A stretch of 50,356 nt of DNA from a virus (IMGVR_UViG_3300032280_000468:1-50356); one strand, 5' to 3'; numbered from the stretch's first letter, positions 20,241 to 29,704 are shown. Numbers and translations: made by a program. The notes: generated by a model not told the origin, from the sequence alone.

Positions 20241-21305
20241 ATGGAAATCTCTAAAGTAGAATCATTGGTAAGAGAAATACTTGCCAAACAATTTCCAGGT
20301 AATCCTGGAAAGCAGATAGTTTACAAGGCCGGAAATCGGTTAAATGTATCCTGTCCTTACTGTGGAGATTCGAATGATTCCCGGAAAAAACGAGGAAATT
20401 TCTATCTTGACACTCTAGCCTACAAATGCTATAACGGAGGATGTGGGATCTTTAAGGACTCAATAAGTTTCTTCAAGGATTTCTCAGTATACTTCAGATT
20501 AAGTGGAAGCGAGAGAGATGAGATAAAATTCATACTTGATGAAAATAGAGGGAAGAGAAGAAGCGTTTATGGTAACGTTGATATCTCTTTGTTTTTCGAA
20601 AATGATATAAATGAGATCTTAATAAGCAGATCTGAATTTATGGAAAAATTAGGTCTTCGTAACGTTTTTGGATCTAAGATACAAAGATACATCCAAAGAA
20701 GACACCAGAAAACCGATAATCGATTTGCCTGGGACGAGAAAAGAGAAAAGCTATTTCTATTTAATCTTAGCCCTGACGACAAGATAATGGGTCTTCAGGT
20801 TAGAAATATGCAATCGATAAAGGGAAGTTCAAAGTACCTTACCTATAAATTGAGTGGCATATATGAAAAGCTACTTAAAGTAACCGATGAGGAAACTTTA
20901 AATAGAGCCAGAGAGGTTGATCCTATATCCCATGTTTTTAACATAGGAACTCTAGATTTTACTTCTCCGATTACCGTATTCGAAGGACCGATGGATTCTT
21001 GGTTTTGGAAAAATTCAGTTGGACTTTGTTCAATCGAGAATAAATTTCCTTTCGATGTAGAGGGACTAAGATACTGGTACGACTGGGATAAAGCAGGTAT
21101 AGAGAAAAGCATGGATCTATTAAGCAAAGGATTCATAGTTTTCAATTGGGGAAAATTTTTGGAAGAGAACAGCATAACAAAGAATAAAAAATGGGATCTA
21201 AATGATTTAGTGGTTCATTTAAGATCAACCGGTAAAAAAATAAAAAGATTGGATGGATATTTCACAGATGATATTCTGGATCTAAGATATTTTATTAATG
21301 AGTGA
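20241..21305 (+). CDS. gp61: DNA primase (T4 gp61-like)
   Basis: CPYCGDS...KCYNGGC zinc finger and TOPRIM motifs VFEGPMDS and YDWDKAG. Start moved to ATG 20241 because ATG 20208 lies inside the terminator hairpin. Confidence 0.88.
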   Translation: MEISKVESLVREILAKQFPGNPGKQIVYKAGNRLNVSCPYCGDSNDSRKKRGNFYLDTLAYKCYNGGCGIFKDSISFFKDFSVYFRLSGSERDEIKFILDENRGKRRSVYGNVDISLFFENDINEILISRSEFMEKLGLRNVFGSKIQRYIQRRHQKTDNRFAWDEKREKLFLFNLSPDDKIMGLQVRNMQSIKGSSKYLTYKLSGIYEKLLKVTDEETLNRAREVDPISHVFNIGTLDFTSPITVFEGPMDSWFWKNSVGLCSIENKFPFDVEGLRYWYDWDKAGIEKSMDLLSKGFIVFNWGKFLEENSITKNKKWDLNDLVVHLRSTGKKIKRLDGYFTDDILDLRYFINE

Positions 21306-21537
21306 GGAGGAAATAAATAAGAAGATAGAGGATTGGGAATCCGCCATAAACGGTGAATTGGTTGTCAAATTAAAATATCCGATCAAGATAATTGAACCCG
21401 ATATTTTAAATGTTAATACCGATTTTTCTGAGCCTTCTATAGATCCACCAAAAGAGAAAGACAGAAAATCATCTATGCAATCATTTAAGGTGGTAGATAT
21501 TTCAAAAAGAAAAAACAAAAACAAAAAACTATTCTAA
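21298..21537 (+). CDS. Hypothetical protein
   Basis: 79 aa ORF overlapping both neighbours, consistent with translational coupling. Confidence 0.55.
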   Translation: MSEEEINKKIEDWESAINGELVVKLKYPIKIIEPDILNVNTDFSEPSIDPPKEKDRKSSMQSFKVVDISKRKNKNKKLF

Positions 21538-21983
21538 TGTCAACTTCAGATAAAACAGATTTTAATAAAATCTTCGAGACAGAAAGATCCGAATGGAGAG
21601 AGAAAGTACAGGTTCTAGCATTGGAGATGAAGGACATAAAAACACTAGCCAAAGCTCAGGTAGATTTATTTAGTCAGAGACAGGTACTTCTAGAATATAG
21701 CTATAAGCTGGCATCGATAATTTCTAAACTGAACTCCAAGTACAGAACAGAGAAATCAAGAAAGCTCAAAGAATATTCAGAAAGAAGCGATATTCGATAC
21801 GGAGCTAACGAGAAGACAGTTTTAATCGAGGGAGACATCAGCGAAATAACAGAAAAAATAGAATTGGTAGAGGGACACAGAAAGTTCATCGATCAAACAG
21901 TTCAGACCATAGATCACATGCTTTATGGGATACGTCAAAGAATAGCACTAGAGGATTATTTAAGAGGATCTACTGTAAAATAA
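21537..21983 (+). CDS. uvsY: Recombination mediator UvsY-like
   Basis: 148 aa all-helical protein with C-terminal KFIDQTVQTIDHMLYGIRQRIALEDYLRG, adjacent to uvsW as in T4-like phages. Confidence 0.7.
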   Translation: MSTSDKTDFNKIFETERSEWREKVQVLALEMKDIKTLAKAQVDLFSQRQVLLEYSYKLASIISKLNSKYRTEKSRKLKEYSERSDIRYGANEKTVLIEGDISEITEKIELVEGHRKFIDQTVQTIDHMLYGIRQRIALEDYLRGSTVK

Positions 21984-21992
21984 GATAGAATT

Positions 21993-23531
21993 ATGTTAAA
22001 ATTTCAGGTTTCAGAGGATCAGCAATGGATGATATTAGTAGAAGCTCTCGATGAGGTGGAGAAAAAGCAGATAGACATTTCTCTAACTCAGAAAGTTCAC
22101 AACTTTTACTTCCATCCTCTGGTAAAGAAGAAGATATGGGACGGGAGTATATGTTTCATAGAGAAAAAAGGAGGGATGTGGAAAATCCCGATAGGTCTAT
22201 GGAGAGAAGTTCTGGAGATAGGTGAAAAGTATCAGATAGAGATAACGATAAAAGGGCTAGAGGATCTAATAATCAACAGCATATCACTGGAAGATTTTAC
22301 CGAATGGGTAAATGAATTCTTTAAGAATGGTATACTTGGCGATCCCAATAAGAAACCCAGAGATTACCAAATAGAAACTGCATGGAAGATTATCAGATAT
22401 AGATATTCTGTTTCCGAGGTGGCCACATCCTCAGGGAAGACCCTAATATCGTTTATGATTTTTGCTTACCTTAAATCAAAGGGTATGATTAGAAAGTTTC
22501 TGATGATCGTACCTAACACCAACTTAGTTTTCCAAGGTAGCGATGATTTTGTTGATTATGGACTTGATAGTCTTGGTGTAAAAATACAACAAATAGGTGG
22601 AGGTAGCAAATTAAGAGAGGGATGCGATATTATTATGGGTACATTCCAATCCCTTGTAAAACAGGGGCCTGAATTTTTTGATGGTATCGATTGTGTATTT
22701 GTTGATGAGGCACACCACACAAACAGTATGTCTATCAAAAAAATCGTAGCAAATTGTATGAGCTCTAAATGGAGATTCGGTTTAACCGGAACTCTAACCA
22801 AAAAAGGAACTGCTGATTATCTCACTGTACAACAATTTTTAGGCCCTCTTGTTGTTGAAATTCCACCAATCTTTTTATTTGATAATAACTATGCTACTCC
22901 AGTTTCTATTCGTGTTATCATCATGGACTGGCTAGAGCCTGAATATAAGGACAAATTAGCTGATCTAAAGATAAATTCCAATAACATAGAGGGAAATGAG
23001 ATCTACAACATAGAAAGAAAACTTGTTGTCGAAAGCAAGAAGAGACTGAACTATATTGTAGATTTCATAGGAAGAGGATCTAAAAATTCTTTGGTCCTTT
23101 TTCAATCCGTTAAAGATGAATACGGTAAACAAATATGGAACCATCTGAGGGAAAAGAATAGTGATAAGGAGGTTTTCTATGTTGACGGAGATACTAGCGA
23201 AAATCTGAGGGAAGAGTACAAATCTAGGATGTCATCGGGAGAGAATAAAGTTCTGGTAGCCACATACGGTACATTTTCTACTGGTATCTCGATTAACAAC
23301 ATCCACAACATATTTCTCGTTGAATCGTACAAGAGTGAGGTCCTGATCAAACAAAGTTTGGGAAGGGGTATGAGAAAAATGGAAGGGAAGGATAAGGTAA
23401 ATGTTATAGACTTTGTCGACGATTTTTCCACTGGAAAATATCAGAATTATCTTCTAAAGCACAGTAGGGAGAGGATCGAGATCTATAAGAAGGAATTATT
23501 TGAATACAAGATTTTTAATGTGAAACTCTAA
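21993..23531 (+). CDS. uvsW: SF2 DNA helicase UvsW
   Basis: PRDYQ, ATSSGKT, VDEAH, GLTGT, TFSTGISI, QSLGRGMR, DFVDD. Confidence 0.92.
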   Translation: MLKFQVSEDQQWMILVEALDEVEKKQIDISLTQKVHNFYFHPLVKKKIWDGSICFIEKKGGMWKIPIGLWREVLEIGEKYQIEITIKGLEDLIINSISLEDFTEWVNEFFKNGILGDPNKKPRDYQIETAWKIIRYRYSVSEVATSSGKTLISFMIFAYLKSKGMIRKFLMIVPNTNLVFQGSDDFVDYGLDSLGVKIQQIGGGSKLREGCDIIMGTFQSLVKQGPEFFDGIDCVFVDEAHHTNSMSIKKIVANCMSSKWRFGLTGTLTKKGTADYLTVQQFLGPLVVEIPPIFLFDNNYATPVSIRVIIMDWLEPEYKDKLADLKINSNNIEGNEIYNIERKLVVESKKRLNYIVDFIGRGSKNSLVLFQSVKDEYGKQIWNHLREKNSDKEVFYVDGDTSENLREEYKSRMSSGENKVLVATYGTFSTGISINNIHNIFLVESYKSEVLIKQSLGRGMRKMEGKDKVNVIDFVDDFSTGKYQNYLLKHSRERIEIYKKELFEYKIFNVKL

Positions 23532-23541
23532 TTTAGCTAGA

Positions 23542-23549
23542 GATATATA
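23542..23549 (+). promoter_or_regulatory. GATATATA putative late promoter
   Basis: Intergenic copy upstream of 23565. Confidence 0.55.
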
Positions 23550-23564
23550 CATAAAAAGTTTTTT

Positions 23565-24113
23565 ATGATGAGAATTAAGAAATTCGATTCTTTTGTATCC
23601 GAGAGTTTAAATGAGGATTCTTCACACTATGAAGGAAAAAATAAGTTCAGCAAATGGCTAAGAGGGGTGAGCGATAGAATTAAATCAGAAACAGATGACA
23701 CTAATTTCTATTCAAGATACTCAGATCCACGACAAGATCCATACATCACTGCTAAAAGAGCAACTGCAGTAATCCCTGCTGCTTTTAGACTTATTGCTGG
23801 TGCAGGAGCTGCCGTAGCAGATTTCTTTTCTAAAGGAGATAACAAGGACTCGGTTTCCAAATATTCAAAAGAGGATCTTAGTAGTAAGAAGAAGGAAATA
23901 ATAGATAAGTGGGAATCCGAGCATATTAAATCTGATACCACCGAGGCGGATGCTGAGAAGTTTTATAAATCTGGAGTTTTGAAGGGGAAGAAGTTTTTTG
24001 GACCCGATTATGACCCGATTAAGCCCAAAAATAGGGATGAAGAGATTTACACCGATTACATTAATGGTGTAATGGAAAGATATTACAAAAAAACTTCCAA
24101 GTATGCCAGATAA
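23565..24113 (+). CDS. Hypothetical protein with capsid-targeting-like N-terminus
   Basis: Starts MRIKKFDSFVSESLNE; GATATATA at 23542. Confidence 0.6.
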   Translation: MMRIKKFDSFVSESLNEDSSHYEGKNKFSKWLRGVSDRIKSETDDTNFYSRYSDPRQDPYITAKRATAVIPAAFRLIAGAGAAVADFFSKGDNKDSVSKYSKEDLSSKKKEIIDKWESEHIKSDTTEADAEKFYKSGVLKGKKFFGPDYDPIKPKNRDEEIYTDYINGVMERYYKKTSKYAR

Positions 24114-25032
24114 TCTGATGGATTTTGTAAAATTTTCCAGGATTTTCGAAGGCGGAGCTGCTATAAAAACATCCAGGAGTATTAGGGAAGACGAGTTCCC
24201 AAAAACACTGGATAGTATAAAATCAATTCTTTTTCCTATCCTCGGTATTGATCCAACTAAGGAAGGATCTCAATATCTCGTTATCGGAAGTATAGGTAAA
24301 AAGAAAAATCCAGAGGATACATCAGGTGATCTTGATCTAGGGTACGATAGTAGCTGGTTTTCAAGAGAACATGGAGTTACCCCTAAAGAATCTTCCTCTG
24401 AAATCTATAAATTAATATCCAGTGAGCTTCCTGAAAAATTAGGATTCGATCCCGAGATAAACTATATGAAAGGACTCAATATCGTTAGCTTAGGCTGGCC
24501 GATCGAAGGTGATTTCAATAAAGGAATAGTTCAGCTCGATCTTATACCTGTTTCCAGCATGGACTGGGCTAAGTTCATATACTACTCTCCAAACTATAAA
24601 ATAGCGGAAAGTAAATATAAATCCGCTCATAGAAATTGGTTGTTAGCTGCTATTCTAGCATCACGAAGAATGATACTTAAGGTTGATCCTAGTGGGCAGA
24701 TACTGGATTATGATTCACCTGTGCTAATGTTAAGTGATGGACTATTCTGGCACACAAAATCATATGCTGGGAAGATTAAGGATAGACTAAAGAATCCAAA
24801 AAAGATAGAAGGGAGCGAGAGATTCGTAACTAGAGATCCTCAGGAATTCATAGACTTTACTCTTGGTCCTGGGTATAATCCAGAGGAGGTTAAAACATTT
24901 GAACATGTTTTTTCTATTATCACAGATCCCGAATTTGAATTGCACGGAAATCTAGAAGAGATCAAAGATAAATTTGTAGAATATCTAAAAAGGACAGGTT
25001 TAGAAATCCCATCCGAAATAAATACAATTTAA
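24103..25032 (+). CDS. Pol-beta superfamily nucleotidyltransferase-like protein
   Basis: IGSIGKK...SGDLDL (hG[GS]...DxD) and a third acidic strand VQLDL; N-terminus MDFVKFSRIFE followed by GG. Confidence 0.65.
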   Translation: MPDNLMDFVKFSRIFEGGAAIKTSRSIREDEFPKTLDSIKSILFPILGIDPTKEGSQYLVIGSIGKKKNPEDTSGDLDLGYDSSWFSREHGVTPKESSSEIYKLISSELPEKLGFDPEINYMKGLNIVSLGWPIEGDFNKGIVQLDLIPVSSMDWAKFIYYSPNYKIAESKYKSAHRNWLLAAILASRRMILKVDPSGQILDYDSPVLMLSDGLFWHTKSYAGKIKDRLKNPKKIEGSERFVTRDPQEFIDFTLGPGYNPEEVKTFEHVFSIITDPEFELHGNLEEIKDKFVEYLKRTGLEIPSEINTI

Positions 25033-25041
25033 TAGGTATAA
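25015..25041 (+). promoter_or_regulatory. GAAAT-N16-GTATAA putative promoter
   Basis: Same spacing and identical AATAGGTATAAT 12-mer as the site at 27618. Confidence 0.4.
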
Positions 25042-25067
25042 TATAAATCACTAAAAAGTAATAAGGT

Positions 25068-27071
25068 ATGTCAGGAATAAGTCATCTATACGACATTTAT
25101 AATAAGAAGGGGAAGGATTTTGTTGAGAAACTCTTTAATTCTTATGTGACCGTAAATGAAAAAATGGACGGGTCTGCATTGGTGTTCGAAAGAGACGTAG
25201 AGACTGGTAAATTTATATTTTACAAGAGAGATCAGAGAAACCCTATCACCATGGTGGATAGGACTCTAATGAAATATTACGAAAAACCAATATTATACAT
25301 AGAGTCATTACCTGCTCATGTCATCAAAGAAATTCCTAGAGGATGGAGATTTGGTCTTGAATATTTTTCAAATTCTAATCCGGTGGAAATAGCCTATGAT
25401 AGGGTTCCTAAAAATAACCTAATACTTTCATACGTAAAGCCTAAGGGAGAATCTGATTCTGAGCAGATAACAGACAAGGAAAAACTTGATTCATGGGCAG
25501 ATTTGATAGGTGTAGAAAGACCTACTATAATTTTTCAGGGTGTTCTATCTAATGAACAAAAGGATAGAATATTAGATTTTCTTAGAACTCCTTTTGGTGA
25601 TCTTGTAAATGAATATAAGACTAAGAGCTTCGTTAGATTTATTCTTAGTGTTCTTAATCCAGAGATAGAAAAAAGTGCTTTAAACGACGATTTAGATAAG
25701 CCTATAGAAGGTATAGTATTTAGATTCAGTCAGAATCCCGATAGTGGGGGAGAAGTATTTCTTTCAAAAATGGTAGATCCAGTCTTTACTGAAATGGCTA
25801 AAGCTAAGGCAGGAAAGAGATCTGAACAGAAACCTAGCGATTTTCTAGGGATAACCATCATGGATGTTATGAATTTCATCCTGGATCAGGGCGTTGAGAA
25901 TTTTAGAGTATCTGGAGATAATGAGGACGAGAGATATATTTCTTTCATCTCCGATGTGTTTTCTAAATTCCTTGAAGAATATGGATATAAATATAAGGGA
26001 TCTGATTTCGAAGAGCCAGAATATCTGAAAAAAGACGAATTTAGACTAAATAGAGATATGATCAGAGATCCTAGGGTTATCAAATGGATCGAGGAAGATG
26101 ACTCGTACGAGTCTTTATTTAAACTTATACTAAATTCCTTTAGGAAGATTAAAAAGAGATCTGGCGGTGTAATAACACCAGGTATGATAGATCAGTTTAA
26201 TATGCTCGTATCTGATATAGAGGAGGCAGTTAAAAAGAAAAAACCAGCAAAAACAAACGAATCGGAGATACCTTCTTTCTTAGATTTTAAAAGAAAGAAT
26301 ATACCTGCTGAGAAAATAGATTATCTAACTCTGGAAGGTGAGGAAGCGGATGAGAATTTCGAGGATCATTTCTACTCTTATAATGATTTCATAACTGCTC
26401 TCGAGACTATAGATTCACAGGATAAACCTAAGGTTGGTACTAAACCAATAGATGACGAATCAGTAAAGACAACACCAACCAATAAGAAAGGGGAATTACA
26501 AAAAGTAAATCTCATAGTTGGTAGATTCCAGCCTTTCCACAATGGACATATGAAGATGGTAGATGTTCTGATGGATAAAAACGGGTTACCTTCGATAGTA
26601 GCAGTAGTTCATCCAGGACACAATAAATCTGGCAATTCTCCCTTTGCTTCAGATCTAGTTTCTAAATACATGGAAAATCTTGTTAAAGAATCTCCTCAGA
26701 AGATACAGGGATATTTCGTTGTTAATAGAGGATTGCTCGGTCCTATTTGTAGCAAAGCAAAAGAATTAGGGTATCTCCCAGTATCAGTTGGAAGCGGTGA
26801 AGATAAGTCAGAGGATTACAGAAAGCAATTTGACTTTTTGAAAAAGCTTGAAGGGGATTTCCCGGAATCTATCGAATTGGTAGAAACTCCTAGAAAAAAT
26901 AGTGGAACTGAGATAAGAAAATATCTAGATAGCGAGGATTTTCTTTCTTTTAAGAAATCAGTCCCTCATTCGATCTCATCCTTTTATCAACAGATGGTTT
27001 CATCTAAAAAAGGAAGAGGAGTTAATGAGAGCATCGAGATGACCAATAATTTGGAAGAGAAAAATAAATAA
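25068..27071 (+). CDS. Fusion: RNA-ligase-like nucleotidyltransferase domain + HIGH-family (cytidylyltransferase/NMNAT-like) domain
   Basis: Ligase motif I EKMDG, FGLEY, IEGIVF, SKMV in the N-half; acidic linker; C-terminal VGRFQPFHNGH...SPF...SGTEIRK. Confidence 0.7.
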   Translation: MSGISHLYDIYNKKGKDFVEKLFNSYVTVNEKMDGSALVFERDVETGKFIFYKRDQRNPITMVDRTLMKYYEKPILYIESLPAHVIKEIPRGWRFGLEYFSNSNPVEIAYDRVPKNNLILSYVKPKGESDSEQITDKEKLDSWADLIGVERPTIIFQGVLSNEQKDRILDFLRTPFGDLVNEYKTKSFVRFILSVLNPEIEKSALNDDLDKPIEGIVFRFSQNPDSGGEVFLSKMVDPVFTEMAKAKAGKRSEQKPSDFLGITIMDVMNFILDQGVENFRVSGDNEDERYISFISDVFSKFLEEYGYKYKGSDFEEPEYLKKDEFRLNRDMIRDPRVIKWIEEDDSYESLFKLILNSFRKIKKRSGGVITPGMIDQFNMLVSDIEEAVKKKKPAKTNESEIPSFLDFKRKNIPAEKIDYLTLEGEEADENFEDHFYSYNDFITALETIDSQDKPKVGTKPIDDESVKTTPTNKKGELQKVNLIVGRFQPFHNGHMKMVDVLMDKNGLPSIVAVVHPGHNKSGNSPFASDLVSKYMENLVKESPQKIQGYFVVNRGLLGPICSKAKELGYLPVSVGSGEDKSEDYRKQFDFLKKLEGDFPESIELVETPRKNSGTEIRKYLDSEDFLSFKKSVPHSISSFYQQMVSSKKGRGVNESIEMTNNLEEKNK

Positions 27072-27077
27072 ACAATA

Positions 27078-27617
27078 ATGAATAGATTTATAAAAAAATT
27101 CAGCGACTTTTCACCCGTGAACGAGAGCGATGGATTTGGAACATCTCCTTTTTTAATGAAGAAGGAATCCGACATCTGCCACTACTTTTTTAATATAGAT
27201 AAAGAAAATGGCGAAACGAACGGATATCATTTGATAGTAGGTAAATACTCAGATCGTGAAGTTATAGAAGGACCTAAAAACTCCTACTGTGTCTTAAGTA
27301 TAAATGAAATGTCTTCTGAAATAATAGAGGATATAGCAGCAGATAAAGAGGATATTCCAAAAATGAATTCACAGAAGTTCAAGATGGAATCAGGGGAGTT
27401 ATCTAGACTAATGAAATATGTATATAAGTGCATGAATGACTATCTTCAGATAAATCCAAAAGTTATCCGAATCTACGACGAGATACAAGACAATCTTGTT
27501 TATGACGGCAAGGGAACTTATATGGAGCAAATGAAATCAATTTCTCTTTCTGAACTTGGATCTAACTGGGCAGTTCAGGAGGGATCGTCTAAAATGACCA
27601 TAATTATTAGCAGATAA
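27078..27617 (+). CDS. Hypothetical protein with capsid-targeting-like N-terminus
   Basis: Starts MNRFIKKFSDFSPVNE. Confidence 0.6.
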   Translation: MNRFIKKFSDFSPVNESDGFGTSPFLMKKESDICHYFFNIDKENGETNGYHLIVGKYSDREVIEGPKNSYCVLSINEMSSEIIEDIAADKEDIPKMNSQKFKMESGELSRLMKYVYKCMNDYLQINPKVIRIYDEIQDNLVYDGKGTYMEQMKSISLSELGSNWAVQEGSSKMTIIISR

Positions 27618-27644
27618 GAAACTTTTCATAATAAATAGGTATAA
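27618..27644 (+). promoter_or_regulatory. GAAAC-N16-GTATAA putative promoter
   Basis: Upstream of the Hc1-like gene; matches the 25015 site. Confidence 0.4.
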
Positions 27645-27668
27645 TTACAAACTTAAAAAAATAGAAAA

Positions 27669-27845
27669 ATGGAAAAATTCGAACAGATTAAGGCTCTAAT
27701 TGAGCAAACACAAGGAGACGTTGAAAAATTTGAAGCTAAAGGAAATGCTACAGCTGGAACTAGAGTTAGAAAGGCTATGCAAGAATTAAAGAATTTAGCT
27801 CAAGAATTAAGAGTTGAAATCCAAGAGGTAAAATATAAATCTTAA
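27669..27845 (+). CDS. Histone H1-like (Hc1 family) small nucleoid protein, 58 aa; absent from the ORF track
   Basis: Hand translation MEKFEQIKALIEQTQGDVEKFEAKGNATAGTRVRKAMQELKNLAQELRVEIQEVKYKS; KGNxxAGTRxRK is the signature of the Bacteroidota/Chlamydia Hc1 N-terminal domain. Confidence 0.85.
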   Translation: MEKFEQIKALIEQTQGDVEKFEAKGNATAGTRVRKAMQELKNLAQELRVEIQEVKYKS

Positions 27846-27864
27846 TCGCTAAAAAATTTAAGAA

Positions 27865-28101
27865 ATGAGCTATTGGGTAGTTAAAACTAAATTCGAATCT
27901 GGAGAGGTAAAAAAGAACGGGGATCCAGTTTACAAAAAAGCAGAATTTCTAGTTGCTGGTGACTCTGTCATCGAAGTAGAAAAGAAAGTTGCAGAGTATA
28001 TGGACGGTACCATCGGGGGCTACGAATCTTTCCAGGTTACAAAAACCAAAATCGAAGCCGTTATATACGATAAAGACAAATATGAAGAACAACTCCTCTA
28101 A
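27865..28101 (+). CDS. DUF4494-like protein
   Basis: YWVVKTKF...NG...KKAEFLVAGDSVIEVEKKV...TKTKIEAVI matches the remembered DUF4494 pattern (Bacteroidota). Confidence 0.6.
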   Translation: MSYWVVKTKFESGEVKKNGDPVYKKAEFLVAGDSVIEVEKKVAEYMDGTIGGYESFQVTKTKIEAVIYDKDKYEEQLL

Positions 28102-28333
28102 ATCCGCTGAAACCAGTTTCTATGCTCCACCTCAATCCCCAATTGCCATACAGCCCGGTGATACCGGATTCAAAACTGTAGGTAAAGGGTACAATAGATT
28201 TATTTGGACATTTGCAGACTGGCAGAAGGGGAAGAAGAAGATTATAAATCCAGATACCAATTGGGATCTGGCTTCAAAACCAATTACCCAGAGAGAATGG
28301 GATAAAAAACAAAAGGACCTATATTTAAAGTAG
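28082..28333 (+). CDS. Hypothetical protein (83 aa)
   Basis: ATG 28082 overlaps the end of the upstream gene and is more plausible than the TTG at 27989. Confidence 0.55.
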   Translation: MKNNSSKSAETSFYAPPQSPIAIQPGDTGFKTVGKGYNRFIWTFADWQKGKKKIINPDTNWDLASKPITQREWDKKQKDLYLK

Positions 28334-28345
28334 GTCCTTTTTTTT
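28311..28345 (+). terminator. Rho-independent terminator
   Basis: AAAAGGACCTA-loop-TAGGTCCTTTT followed by a T-run. Confidence 0.75.
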
Positions 28346-28353
28346 GATATATA
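28346..28353 (+). promoter_or_regulatory. GATATATA putative late promoter
   Basis: Directly after a terminator, upstream of 28372. Confidence 0.55.
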
Positions 28354-28371
28354 GAATAAAATAGTAATAAG

Positions 28372-28740
28372 ATGCCAGCAAGAAGTACAGCACAGCAAAG
28401 ATTAATGGGTCAGGCCTACGCTATAAAGATAGGTGCAATGGAGCCGGAAGATTTAAATCCAAGATATAGATCAGATATTTTAAATCTGGCTAAAAGAATG
28501 ACAGTGAAGGATCTCAAAAAATACGCTGAAACTAGACAAAAAGGACTTCCTCACTATGTTGACGAGTCTGAAATTAATATATCATTGGAGCCTATACCTT
28601 CTGATACCATGCCCAAATTCAATCCACATGGTCCAGGAAAAATAGTTCCTTTTCTAGACCCAGATACTAAACAAAAGAAGAAGGGTAAGGGTAATCTTCA
28701 GAATCTTAAGGATTATCGAGACTGGATAAATATAAAATAA
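28372..28740 (+). CDS. DUF3008-like small protein
   Basis: MPARSTAQQRLMG...M..KDLKKYAET..KGLP; C-terminal NLKDYRDWI; GATATATA at 28346. Confidence 0.55.
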   Translation: MPARSTAQQRLMGQAYAIKIGAMEPEDLNPRYRSDILNLAKRMTVKDLKKYAETRQKGLPHYVDESEINISLEPIPSDTMPKFNPHGPGKIVPFLDPDTKQKKKGKGNLQNLKDYRDWINIK

Positions 28741-28757
28741 TCTTAGAAATAGGATAG

Positions 28758-29684
28758 ATGGCTAAGTTTCCGAAATCTCCCAGAATAGGACAGGCTTTCC
28801 TCGATGGTCAGAATCTATATGTTTGGAATGGGTATTCGTGGGATTATGACGTCATAGAAAGCAGCTCTTCTGGTACAACCGGATCTAGTGGATCTTCAGG
28901 AACAAATGGATCTAGTGGATCTTCTGGTTTATCCGGATCTAGCGGAAGCTCTGGTTTATTAACTCTATCTGGGACAACTGATAATGGCTTAATCACTTTA
29001 AATGGTACTTCCCCGAATGCTACCGTAGAATCTACATTAATTTACGATGGTGTATCTCTTAAGCTTCTTTCCCAATCTGGGAATGAAGGTGGAGAGATTT
29101 TTCTAAATAAAGCAGTTACTAATACATCTATAAATACCGGGGTTACTATTGACGTCTATCAAAATAGACTTCGCTTCTTCGAATCGGGAGGTTCTGCCAG
29201 GGGTGCTTATATTGATCTGACAACACAAACCGCTGGAGTTGCCACGAACCTTTCTCCAAATGCTTGGCTTTATGTAACAAGAAACACGAATCAAACAATA
29301 GTATCAGGTAGCTGGGCAAATAGGGATATTATTTTCAACAATCAAGTCTATTCTAATAACATATCATACAACACATCAACAGGATTGGCTACATTGACTG
29401 CAGGAACCTATAGAATAACAGCAAGACTTGCTTGGAGCGCAGCTGCTAATTATCTAATACAGTTTTCTTTGTTTGACAGCTCAAACAATCAAATAGGTCC
29501 AACTGTTGAACAGACGCAGCCAACTTCAGGTAGCTCTAATACCAGTGATGCCACTTTTGATATGATATACGATGCGGCCTCTACGATAGACGTTAAAATT
29601 AGAACATTAAGTACCACCACGGCTCTATCAGGTGAGTATATTAGAGGAGATTTGAATACACAGTTCATTATCCATAAGCTTTAA
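28758..29684 (+). CDS. Fibre/decoration-like protein with Gly-Ser-Ser repeats and a C1q/BclA-like C-terminal domain
   Basis: N-terminal FPKSPRIGQ...YVWNGYSW fibre module, (GSS)n tract, beta-sandwich C-terminus (AGTYRITARL). Confidence 0.6.
   Translation: MAKFPKSPRIGQAFLDGQNLYVWNGYSWDYDVIESSSSGTTGSSGSSGTNGSSGSSGLSGSSGSSGLLTLSGTTDNGLITLNGTSPNATVESTLIYDGVSLKLLSQSGNEGGEIFLNKAVTNTSINTGVTIDVYQNRLRFFESGGSARGAYIDLTTQTAGVATNLSPNAWLYVTRNTNQTIVSGSWANRDIIFNNQVYSNNISYNTSTGLATLTAGTYRITARLAWSAAANYLIQFSLFDSSNNQIGPTVEQTQPTSGSSNTSDATFDMIYDAASTIDVKIRTLSTTTALSGEYIRGDLNTQFIIHKL
28872..28955 (+). repeat. 27-nt-period coding repeat (Gxx-GSS-GSS)x3
   Basis: GTTGSSGSSGTNGSSGSSGLSGSSGSSG; GGATCTAG recurs every 27 nt. 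Confidence 0.75.
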
Positions 29685-29696
29685 TAACAAAATTAG

Positions 29697-29704
29697 GATA
29701 TATA
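29697..29704 (+). promoter_or_regulatory. GATATATA putative late promoter
   Basis: Intergenic copy 4 nt before GTG 29709. Confidence 0.5.

Noticed and set aside
27989-28081. TTG-start extension of the ORF ending at 28333
   Set aside because: It overlaps the DUF4494-like gene extensively; ATG 28082 is preferred.
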